Positions 52,611-63,866 of a stretch of DNA of 64,000 nt are shown here, in pieces. The notes below the pieces were generated by a model. That model made no database searches and was not told where the DNA came from. It saw nothing but the letters and a program-made list of their open reading frames with translations. Position numbers and translations under genes: made by a program. The first letter of the stretch is position 1; every line of letters starts with the position of its first letter. The DNA comes from Octopus sinensis (lineage: Eukaryota): NCBI RefSeq assembly GCF_006345805.1, contig NC_043012.1:25916001-25980000 (forward strand), in the 5' to 3' direction.

Positions 52611-52770
52611 GTTTCTCTATTTTTTCTCCTTTAAATCGTAAATTAATTGATCGTACTTATTTCAAATAAAACGTATTTATAGCTTAAAGGGGGAAGAAAT
52701 TATTTATCATAATCGCATTATTATTATTATGATTATTATTACTATTCTTATTATCATTATCATAATCATC

Positions 52771-52809
<39 letters not shown>

Positions 52810-53774
52810 TGTATTAGTATTATTATTGTTGTTGTTGTTGTTACAGCTGTTATTCCTGTGGTTTATGTTTACGTTCTCTCCTCTCCTTTTTTACTTCGGC
52901 TTCTTCGTCATGTTATTGATGAAGGGGATGGTGATGGTGGTAGTGGTGGTAGTAGTGATAAGTTCTTTCGGTTTCCTCCATGTTTTTCCCGTTGCATTCC
53001 CGTTTATTCCTTAACGTCTTCTGTCCTTTTGGCCAGTAAAAGAAACTACTCCTTACTTAGCACTATCGTCATTATTATCATTATTATTATTATTTTTTTA
53101 TTATTATTATTATTATTGCTAATGTTTTGTTATTATCAGTGCATCATTAGCATTAATGTTATTTTGTTATTATTATTTGGTAGTAGTGGTGGTGGTGGCG
53201 TTGGCGGCGTTGGTAGAAGTTGTCGCGGTGGCTTGTTCGTCGTCGACATCGTCGTCGTTCCAGTGGTTCATATTTTGCGTAATTATGCAATATTGTACTC
53301 AATAATCTCAGAATTATGATTGTTATTATCAGTTCATCATTACCACACAAGTCAATACCATCAGTACCATCATCAACACCGCATCCTCCTCCACCACCAC
53401 CAACAACAACAACGGCAATAACAGCAGTGCCACCACAACCACTTGATTTCGTAGTCAAAATGTAAAGGTATTTAATCCAATTACAGAGCGAAATATCTGT
53501 ACGCAACAGATATTAAATAGAATAAGCGATACGTCAGAGCTGGATCACATCTCGGTACGCTATGAAACTCTTGTAATTTTCTGATTTTGTCGATTTATGT
53601 AGATAAAAAATCTACACCTTCTCTCGTTGTGACTAATTTGCTTGATATAGCAACCCCTTCATATAAGGAATATAGCAAAGCCATTCATTAATATAAGTAG
53701 ATATGTGTATATATATACTAATATATATATATATTATATATAATATATATATTATATATATATATATATATATT

Positions 53775-54044
53775 TGGGTACTCAGGTCTGCTCAGGATTT
53801 AGTGCTTGCTTTTTCCATGGGTATGAGTAAGTATTTCATTTATGTCTTACGTATTTATCGCTGAGGAGGGGAAAATTCTTATGAATTAACCCCGAAATGG
53901 GGACCAATACGGTAATAACGGATTTTTTTTGAAATTTCTATCGGCTTGTTTCGAGATGCATAAATTATAATGGTTATTGACAATTTTGTCTTTTTCGGCA
54001 TATTTGGCATTAAAATTTTTCTGTTTTTCCTCTTATTTTATATG

Positions 54045-54045
<1 letters not shown>
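53775..54045 (+). mobile_element. Penelope-like 3' terminus between (TA)n tracts
   Basis: Hammerhead motif followed by a U-rich tail. Confidence 0.65.
53855..53915 (+). ncRNA. Type I hammerhead ribozyme, intact core
   Basis: Stem I TTATCG/CGGTAA; CTGAGGA; stem II GGGG/CCCC; GAAA; stem III ATGG/CC(A)AT; predicted cleavage after UA at 53909. Confidence 0.75.
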
Positions 54046-54069
<24 letters not shown>

Positions 54070-54080
<11 letters not shown>

Positions 54081-54360
54081 AATAATGAAGGGTGAAATTA
54101 ATTAATTTGGAAAAATTATCAATTACACCAAGTAGTCTTCGGCATGTAAAGCCTCATTCGAGGAAAATTTAAGTAATACTAGCAATAAGGGTTTAGCAAC
54201 GAGTTGCCTTACCACATACCGAATTTAGAAATAGCAGTCAAAGGGTTATAGCTATTTCTTCTACTTTTTAGTAGAAGAAATAGCTATAACCCTTTGACTG
54301 CTATTTCTAAATTCGGTATGTGGTAAGGCAACTCGTTGCTAAACCCTTATTGCTTAGTAT
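54070..54360. mobile_element. PLE-type terminus folded into a 90-bp palindrome
   Basis: Arms 54176-54265 and 54270-54360, 4-nt spacer; same family as 22895. Confidence 0.75.
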
Positions 54361-54389
54361 ATATATATATATATATATACTTATATAAT

Positions 54390-54990
54390 TTTTATATATA
54401 AAAAAAGAAAGCAAAATATGGAACAAGACCGCAACTGACGACATCAAAACATCCGAATAGTTAGAGGATATAAAAACGGACAGGAAAAAAACAACGACGG
54501 GACATTCGGAGCATCCTATCCGCAGTCGAGTACCAGATCATCTAAGCAGTTTCGGCCGGCTACACTCAAGTCTGCTCCAATCTGGCCGGCCCCAAGAAAA
54601 TCTAAGCTAAGAGCATAGATTCCTTGAAAGAAAACGAGCGAATGTATACGAAAACAAGGAGGGAAAAAAACAGAGAAATGGTACACAATTACAAATACAA
54701 GCAACAAGACATTAACCAACAGGTGTCTTTCGACTAAGGACGAATTAAATTATATATACATATGTATATATATATTTAAAGGATATATATATATGTATAG
54801 AAAATATATATAAAAATACAAAATGGGACAAGAACGCAAAGCATTCAAATAGACGACACAAAAAACTGACGGGTCATTCGAAGCCTCTAATCTTCAGTCA
54901 AGAGCCGGCTCATCCTCGCAATTTCAGCTGATTAATCTTGAAATCGCTCCGATCCGGCCAGCCCCAAGGAAAAACTAAGCTACCAGCTTA
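54390..54990 (-). mobile_element. Two related PLE-like terminal fragments separated by (TA)n
   Basis: 54390-54750 and 54810-54990 share GGCCAGCCCCAAG..CTAAGCTA-like sequence and a GACTG..GAATG.CCCGTC motif. Confidence 0.55.
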
Positions 54991-55258
54991 GCAGGGAGTG
55001 GGTGTTTTCGAAGAACAGAAATAGAGTTTCTTCAGGCAGAACTTAATCGAGCGGCGCGAAAACGCACCGTCACTGCAGTAAGTCTAGGAAACTTAGTCTG
55101 CGATATTTATTTACTGGACTCTTTGGTCACCAGCGTGGCCACCATTGTAAAGTATAAATTTATCTAAGTGCACATTGATCCTAGAGATCAGTGATGGCCT
55201 TCGCCGTTCAAGAGTGGACATCCATTATGCCCGTCTGTCTATCTGTATATATGTATGC

Positions 55259-55645
55259 GTGGAGGCGCAATGGCCCAGTGGTTAGGGCAGCGGACTCGCG
55301 TCGTAGGATCGCGGTTTCGATTCCCAGACCGGGCGTTGTGAGTGTTTATTGAGCGAAAACACCTAAAAGCTCCACGAGGCTCCGGCAGGGGATGGTGGTG
55401 ATCCCTGCTGTACTCTTTCACCACAACTTTCTCTCACTCTTACTTCCTGTTTCTGTTGTACCTGTATTTCAAAGGGCCGGCCTTGTCATTCTCTGTGTCA
55501 CGCTGAATATCCCCGAGAACTACGTTAAGGGTACACGTGTCTGTGGAGTGCTCTGCCACTTGCACGTTAATTTCACGAGCAGGCTGTTCCGTTGATCGGA
55601 TCAACCGGAACCCTCGTCGTCGTAACCGACGGAGTGCTTCCATCC
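55259..55645 (+). mobile_element. SINE family D, full length
   Basis: GGAGGCGCAATGGCCCAGTGGTTAGGGCAGCGGACTC..GGTTTCGATTCCC; tail GGAACCCTCGTCGTCGTAACCGACGGAGTGC. Confidence 0.95.
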
Positions 55646-58182
55646 ATATATGTATGCATGTATGTATGTATATTTGTATGTATATGTGTATATGTGTATG
55701 TATGTAGTATGTACCTATCTATCGCTATACCTATTAGAAGGTTAAGTTTACTAAGCGATATTTTCCTAATATCACGTGGTCCGCTTTCGATATTGCATGC
55801 CCTTAATCATTCTCTCCAAGTCTCACTTCAAACATTCCGTTTAACATTACGGCATCTTCGTTATATTTCTTTTTTTTTAAAATAAACCTGCATTAATTTA
55901 TCTTGTAGTTATAAAAAGCCTGGCAGTAAAGGAAGGTCCTGAGGCGTATCACATCTGGTGTATCACGAACAGACAAATTCTTGGAAAATTTAAGCAAGAC
56001 ATAGTTTATTGAAATATTTACTTTGAGACGTCTTGTACAGATAACTTTTGTGGTAACAAAATGCAGGCAGCTATTACAATGTTTAATGGTAAATCTTTGG
56101 TTGCTGTAATTATTGTTGGAGCCGTAAGCGAAAGCACCAACCCACCAATCATATTTCTTGTATGCTTCCATTGATATTGTACAATAAATGCTTAATCAGC
56201 ACATTTCCGAATTTGTTGTCCTTCTTCCGTTTCACATTCTATACCAGTACGAGTATTTCCTCCGTTTTGATTTAAACATAATTATATTTCCATCCCCAAT
56301 TCCTGCATTTGATCGACAAGAGTCTTAATCTTGATAGAAGCTACTTAAGCAAGCTATCGAGCTTTTGCTGTCTTGTATCAGCAAACCCTTGTCTGTCTTA
56401 ATCCAAACAGAATTCTCTTTCCACTCCTGATTCATGCATTTGTGTCGCAGCAGTTTTAATCGGATTAGCAAGTCTGTCGTGCTTCTTCGCTTTCTTTAGA
56501 TCATGTAGCATCCTTTCCCTTGCCATCAGATAACTACTGCCAAATAATAGATAATTTGTTTGTTTTCTCTTAAGTGAATTTTCACTTAAGAAAAAACAAA
56601 CAAATTATTGACCTATATCTAATCTAAAGAATATACTTACCGCAGGTTATGTTTGTTATTTGTTTAAGAAATTGTACACAAAAGTGTAACGTCGTACACA
56701 GATGATGCTCGCTCAGAGATATTCTTGATGGTGCACTATACGCATCACGATCTTTAGAAATTTACGGAATACGTAATTGGTAACAGACTATTTATTTAAT
56801 TTCTTAGTGATATCAAAATTTCCTTGGGTGATTCCCAATGAATATAATTATAGTTATTGTTGTTTTTTAGCTCACGTGTTCTCTGCATAAAATGGCACAC
56901 CCTTCTAGTTTGTCTCAAACATAAAGCAATAGATGCATGTATATGGATAACGTCCCATTGGCGTCCCGATATATGTAGGTATATCATAGACGGCTATTGC
57001 CACATAATTTTCTCAGTGAGTGTATATTAATGAAACGATCGTGCAGAAAATATTAAAGCAAGCGACTCTCAAGTCACTTTTGCTGCTCGACGAATCAGAA
57101 TTAGGAAAAAAATTGTTTAATTACTTGTATAAATTCACTTAAATAAAGTCAATGTAATTCTAATCTAACAAAATCTTAATACCCAACTTATAAAAGAAAG
57201 AGTGTTTTGGTTCAAGAAAATTTGAAGAGAACAAGGAATATGAAAATACTTTCGAGAACCCATTATGTGTTAAATTTCAAACAATTTATCAGCTGCGTAT
57301 TGAAATACATGCTACACAAGCCATTTCTTTCAAAGAAAATTGAAAATGTGGCTTCATAGGAGCTGGATCATTGCATCAAATCCCTTACAGCAGTTCTTAC
57401 GCACTCTAACCTGTTCCGCGATGGTCACAGCCCTGCCGGCTGTGTTTAACTGATAAATCAGCAAACGTATTTTTAAAAACGAGAACTGATTAAACGCGAG
57501 TACAAAAATGTATTGTTTTTATATTGATCCTGCATAGGCTTTATTTCCTTGGGACAATGAGATGAAACCGTAACAATATTACAATGGAATTACATGTCTT
57601 CTTCTTGAATTGAATTTTTACCTCAATATTTGTAATTAGCACCATGTAAACGATATTCGACATTACCATTTGAATGCATTTGACATCTTTCACACATGGT
57701 CACATAACCTATCCTTATATACATTTCCCCCAATATCTACTATATTTCAATGTACAGATTATTTCTTCAGGGTTAGTTTTAGATAGTTAAGAATCAAAGA
57801 TATTTGCAATCTTCCACTTTGGACAAAAGACAGCAGATTCTATTGTCAATAATAATATTGCTCTGTTATGTCTTTTTTGTTTGTTTTGGCCATTATATCT
57901 GATCAAACAATTCTTTCCTGTTCGTTTTACTAAATTCTATATTTTATTTTCAAAATCGTGATCGACAACAAGTACCAATAACTTTAGTATTAGAATTAAG
58001 AAAGCTTACATTATATTTCTTGCGATATGATGCAATTTACAAGTTCGAAAATCTTCTACGAACACATCACATAATATTAATATAGTTTCATAGATCATGG
58101 TCTTCCTTAAGAGAGGTGTGAGATATAATAAATGTATTATTCGTGAACATTTTCTAAACAAAATGTATGCCGACGAATATAT

Positions 58183-58221
<39 letters not shown>

Positions 58222-58512
58222 TGTGTGAGACAGAGAGAAAGAGAGCGTGTAGATATATATATATATATACACATTTACATGCATATGTATGTACATATAT
58301 ATACATAGATCTCAATATGTGTGTACATATACATGTAGATATATGTATGCATATATATATAGAGAGAGAGATACATATATATATATATGTGTGTGTGAGA
58401 GAGAGAGAGAGAGAGAAAGAAAGGGAGCATGTAGATATGTATACGCATTTATCAATGTACATATATATACATATAGATCAATATGTGTGTACATATACAT
58501 GTATATGTATAT

Positions 58513-58925
58513 ATCATGGCAATCCCTCAAGGTCGAGGATGATGGTCTTCGCGCAAATTTACTGGTGAGTCCGTAGGTGACCGATAAGACCAATTCTTGT
58601 TTGAAAAGATCGGTCGCAGTGCGGACATCTAGTGCCGGAAGGGAGAGTCGCACGTGGTTGTTGTTGGCGCACCTTCTGTCGTCGTCTTTTCTCCTCCCGC
58701 TCTGCAGACCTTTTCGACTCGAAAGTCGCCGTTCCCTCATGGATGGTGGTTTTCCAGAGTGGTCTGTTTTTTGCCGTTTCCTCCCAGTTAGTGAAGTCGA
58801 TTCACACTTTTTGAGGTTCGTTTCAGGAATCCTTGTAGCGTTTCTTCTGGCCTCCTTTTGTACGCTTGCCGTCTTTGAGTTGGGAATAGAAGATCTGTTT
58901 GGGAAGTCGTTCGTTCCTGATGTAT
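58513..58925 (-). mobile_element. RTE (BovB-like) LINE 3' end with C2H2 finger
   Basis: ERLPKQIFYSQLKDGKRTKGGQKKRYKD..NWEETAKNRPLW..CPHCDRSFQTRIGLIGHLRTHQ*; 3'UTR CATCCTCGACCTTGAGGGATTGCCATGAT. Confidence 0.95.
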
Positions 58926-58932
58926 GTTATGA

Positions 58933-58978
<46 letters not shown>

Positions 58979-58991
58979 ATATATCTATCTA

Positions 58992-59025
<34 letters not shown>

Positions 59026-59199
59026 ATATATGTAAATATATATCTATTATATATATACACACACACATATATGTGTTTGAGTGATCGCTTTTCCTTTAAT
59101 TCTTTTACTGGAATAAACGAGTTTATTTTCTACGAAACGGAAAAGAAAACCACTTCCTTTTTTAAATAATCATTTTTTATTTCGTATATGCTACTGATT

Positions 59200-59316
<117 letters not shown>

Positions 59317-59915
59317 ATTTCTTACAGTGAATAATTCTTCGTTTGTAATATATACACACGTTCACAATTATACTTCAAACAGCCACGATAGTTTTGTAAG
59401 TCAAATGCTGTATTGTAACTCTAATTATGAAAATAATTACGAGCATTGAAACGCATATTTATGTTTAGATGTTTCAATGTTATTCCTCATATACAAATAT
59501 AACATACACGCGCACACACAGGGAATCATAGATACGTACGTGTGTGAGAGTTTATGTACATACTCGCACACCAAACACACACATATATATGTATATATAC
59601 AGAGAGAGAGAGAAATAGATAGTTAAATAGAGAGAGAGAGAGAGAGAGAAGAAGAAGGGGAGAGAGAGACTTAACTATCTAATATTTTTAATCAAAATTG
59701 TTGTTGTCAATGACGTCGAGGTTTTTGGCCAGTTAAACTAGCGGCGGTCTGGCTGAAACGTCGAAGTCATTGTCGACAACAATCTTAAGAATGATAAATT
59801 CATACTCCACACAAGTATTGAGTTACACATCGGATTAATATAAACTTGGCTTTACTATAAGTGAACATAAAGACAAACATTAATACACGCACACACACAT
59901 ATATATATATGTTAA

Positions 59916-59946
<31 letters not shown>

Positions 59947-60024
59947 ATATATATATTATTATATATATAATTGTTATATTTAAATATATATATATATATA
60001 TGTGTGTGTGTATATATATATATG

Positions 60025-60530
60025 TATCGCCCACGCTTCAGCACTTATCCGTCCCTCCCTAACACTACCATCCTTACAAGCACATCTCATCGTCCCTATC
60101 ATATCACCGACTCCTTTACCTGCACGTCTAGCAAAGTCATTTGCTGCACCGCTTGCTCTCTCTGCCCTTCTCTGTACATCAGTCAAACGTGATGTCACAT
60201 GGCTGACCGGTTTGCGGAGCACCTCCGTGACATCAGACTCGGCAATGAGACCCCGGTCTCACGCCATTTCCTCTCTACCGGTCATTCACTACTGCATCTG
60301 TTTTTGTTCGGATTGTCTTCGCACAGAGGCCAACGGACTCCCTTCTTCACGGTAAACAGGGATTAATGAGTCTTCCTTCTTTTGCGGCACAAGGGCTCAA
60401 CTCCCCTCCTGTCTTCATCTGAATCCCATCCTCTCCTATCTTCCAATGCTTCAGCCGCTGGACCATTGCGCCTCCCGACGTAGCGATAAGAATCATTGAA
60501 ATATCAGAAGCGGGCGAAACGCGTCCATAT
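60025..60530 (+). mobile_element. Penelope-like element: GIY-YIG endonuclease relic and terminus
   Basis: HITDSFTCTSSKVICC..CSLCPSLYISQT*..DRFAEHLRDI..PVSRHF..GH; ends with CCGACGTAGC..GC-GAAACGCGTC. Confidence 0.9.
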
Positions 60531-61049
60531 GCAGCGTAGGAATTTCTAGATAAAGTATTTCCACGTACTTACATATCATCAGTTGCAACTGTTGCTTCTT
60601 ATATTGTACTTTTCAATACGCAGGATTGCAGTTTCCTTACAATACACCCACGATATGTAATATATGCAGAATGTTGTTCTGAGCCAACATTGCTCCCATT
60701 GCAACCAAAGTTATTATTTAAGCATAAAATGTAAAGTTAAGTTAGGCGCAGATGAGTTACATTGAACTTGAAAAAAGCTCTAGGTTGTTTAGTTGTAAAA
60801 GTCTCTCATATCCAAGTGGCTAAAAAGTATCAGAAGGGCGCCCAGGAGTCATGACCTGGATGCGACTTGGCCACTCTAGAGTGAGAGAAACACTCTTAAG
60901 CACTTGCCTCAAGGGGTATCTTCACTCATAAACGTCTGTTCAACATTTTTGAGTGTTTCTCACGTGTATTTCAGTATGTATGTACACACACGCACACACA
61001 CACACATACACACACACACATATACAAACACACACAACACACACATCTA

Positions 61050-61180
61050 CAAGCGCAGGAGAGGATGTGTGGTAAGTAGCTTACTTACCAACAACATGGT
61101 TCCCGGTTCAGTCCCACTGCTTGGCACCTTGGGCAAGTGCCTTGTGAGTGGATTTGGTAGACGGAAATTGAAAGAAGCGT
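61050..61180 (+). mobile_element. SINE family A 5' part, internally deleted
   Basis: GTGTGGTAAGTAGC..GGTTCAGTCCCAC..CCTTGGGCAAGTG..GTGAGTGGATTTGGTAGACGG. Confidence 0.85.
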
Positions 61181-61192
61181 ATCAGAAGTGTA

Positions 61193-61411
61193 TGGCGAGC
61201 TGGCAGGAACGTTAGCACGCCGGGCGAAATGCGTAGCCGTATTTCGTCTGCCGTTACGTTCTGAGTTCAAATTCCGTCGAGGTCGACTTTGTCTTTCATC
61301 CTTTCGGGGTCGATAAATTAAGTACCAGTTACGCACTGGGATCGATGTAATCGACTTAATCCGTTTGTCTGTCCTTGTTTGTCCCCTCTGTGTTTAGCCC
61401 CTTGTGGGTAA
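61193..61411 (+). mobile_element. SINE family B, single unit
   Basis: GGCGAGCTGGCAGGAACGTTAGCACGCCGGG head and one unit. Confidence 0.95.
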
Positions 61412-61430
61412 TATATATATATATATAATC

Positions 61431-61675
61431 AAATCAAAAACAGAATACAAAGGATATCGCGGTACACGTGTTTCAAGCTTTATAAACGACCCCTTTCTTA
61501 CATCAGTGTATAATTGATATAAAAGATGGTTTAAAGCTGTTTTGTTTGCGGCTGAAGAGAGCTTTAAACCATCTTTTATATCAATTATACATTGATGTAA
61601 GAAAGGGGTCGTTTATAAAGCTTGAAACACGTGTACCGCGATATCCTTTTGTTTCTGTTTTTGATTTTATTTGAT
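61431..61675. mobile_element. PLE-like terminus with 108-bp inverted copy
   Basis: Arms 61431-61538 and 61560-61667. Confidence 0.75.
61546..61641 (+). ncRNA. Type I hammerhead ribozyme, intact core, palindromic helix III
   Basis: Stem I TTGCGG/CCGCGA; CTGAAGA; stem II GAGCTTTA/TAAAGCTT with extended hairpin; GAAA; ACACGTGT; predicted cleavage after UA at 61635. Confidence 0.85.
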
Positions 61676-61765
61676 ATATTCCCTCTCACCTCTGCTACTA
61701 TCTGGCATATACATGTGCTTACACTTATGAAGTATTCACCCTAAATTACAGTACCTACTTGATTA

Positions 61766-61806
<41 letters not shown>

Positions 61807-61844
61807 ATACAATACATATATGTATGCATATCTTTGTGTATATG

Positions 61845-62020
61845 TTGTGGTGCCCTCACCATCACTTGACAACCTATGTTGAAGTGTTTACGTCCCCGTA
61901 ATTTAGCGGTTCGAAAAAATTGACCGATAGAATAAGTCCTAGGATCGAAGTGTTCGACTAAATGCGGGGCTCCAGAATGGCGCACTCAAATAACTGAAAC
62001 AAATAAAGGAATAAAAGAAT
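61845..62020 (+). mobile_element. SINE family A 3' half
   Basis: CTTGACAACC..GTTTACGTCCCCGTAA..GGGCTCCAGAATGG..TGAAACAAATAAAGG. Confidence 0.8.
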
Positions 62021-62077
62021 GTACACACACAACATATATATGTCTGCATAATGTATTAAAATTATATATATATATGT

Positions 62078-62330
62078 ATGTTGAAGCGTGTGGCTTAGTG
62101 GTTAGGGTGTCAGCTCCATGATTGTAAGATTGTGGTTTCTATTCCTGGACCGGGCGACGCGTTGTGTTCTTCAGTAAAACACTTCATTTCACATTGCTCC
62201 AGTCCACTCAGCTGGCAAAAATGCGTAACGCTGCGATGGACTGGCGTCCCGTCCAACTGGGAAATACATACGCCATAGAAACCGGGAAACCGGGCCCATG
62301 AGCCTGGCTAGGTTTTAAAAGGGCGCCTTT
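62078..62330 (+). mobile_element. tRNA SINE, family C
   Basis: GTGGCTTAGTGGTTAGGG head; GCGATGGACTGGCGTCCCGTCC domain; CCGGGCCCATGAGCCTGGCTAGG tail. Confidence 0.9.
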
Positions 62331-63721
62331 ATTTTATATATATATATGCGTTTACCTATGTATGCCGTAGGAATACACCGTCTAACAGGTGTTTCCTGCT
62401 CTTCAAAATTAATACCGTGTGATATGAGGGATATTCCCTAGTATTTCCATCATACAGCCTTTGTATCAAATGAGCGTTTTGTTTTTAATGCAAAACTTTG
62501 TATTTCATTTGTACGTGCGTACCTACGTGTATGAGCGCGCGTGTGTATTTGTGTGTATGTATGTGCGTGTGCGTAGCTGCATGCGCACACATGTGTATGT
62601 GTGTCTGTGTGTCTGTGTGTGTGTTTTTAATTATGCATAATCCAAATATTTTTTTCGTCGTTCTCTTTGTGAATGTAGAACAGAAAGTATTTCATGTTAT
62701 CATGCGGTTGTCCAGCCCCAAGAGTTTAAATAACCAATGTGAAAGTGTTACAACTGCGAATTAACTAGAAGCAATGAAAAATAGATAAGAGAAAGAGTTA
62801 AGCGAATGTCTCACAGTGGCCAACAAACTATCAGTGCACCATATTACTCTCAGTACATGCCAAAAAGGAATATCGATTTCTTCCGATTGGGCAAAATGCC
62901 AATAGTGGTTTCTTATTTTATTCTATATATGTTTTATTTCATTTTAGTTTAGTTTATTTTATAGTCGACATGTTAAAGCAGATCGAACTGACCCAGTCTT
63001 TCAACAACCTAATCACTCATCCACTCCATGCATTACTAAACAAGATGTGTGGGGCGGTCGCTAAGAGTCATCCCATCTGCTAGAAACTCCAGCTCACACC
63101 CTACTGTCTCAAAAAATAAAAATGTTTTAAACAACATAGACTTAAAATCTTTGTACGAAGCAGGTGGGATATTGGTTACACAGTTGCAACAATGGATAAA
63201 ATATCTTGCATTACGTTTCCCGATTTTCTGCGAGGACAAATCGTGTTAAGTCATGGGTCTATTAATTACTTTTCCAATTTAAAAAATTCTGAGAAAATGA
63301 AAAATAAGGATAACTGAGCAGTATTTTTGGTAAAAAATATAGTTTTACTATAAACCTCGGAAAGGCTCACATCTCTTAAATATCCTCCGCGACTCTTAAA
63401 TATTTTCGCACATACATTGAGAGACCTACATGGAAAGGGTGAAGACGTTTTAAAACAAATCTGGATATCCTCCTGTAAGAGTTCCGGCTGAACCCACCTC
63501 GCAGCAAGTAACATAGATGAGAGCAGCAAAATCAAACTACCTCATTTTCCAAACGCCACATATCAGAAGAGGTTTAGTGAAAGAGTAGCAAAACAAACAT
63601 CGGTGGCAGAGCATAGCCGCAGCTCTCGAAGTGGAACTAATAAAGTGAAAAAAAACAAACCTTTCTCATGAATTCCATTGGTTGCAATCAGTCCAGTTGA
63701 ACGAAAAATACAGTGATATCA

Positions 63722-63866
63722 ATGCTCCTGCCACGACTGTGTCTTTTGCATAACAATGTTCTTATTTTTTTACTAACGGTGGAGACTTGGTTCAAAATAA
63801 GATCGCTTGATGCTAATGTTCGTTCTGGTAGTCGTGGTTATCAAGGAGGGTCCGGGGTTTCGCACG
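63722..63866 (+). CDS. Candidate first coding exon of a secreted or membrane protein
   Basis: ATG after an in-frame TGA (63698); MLLPRLCLLHNNVLIFLLTVETWFKIRSLDANVRSGSRGYQGGSGVSH, then a consensus G|GTAAGT phase-1 donor, in repeat-free sequence. No homolog recognised. Confidence 0.4.

Noticed and set aside
55893-56540. Protein-like frames on both strands
   Set aside because: Multiple stops and no assignable motif; probably a very old LINE relic.
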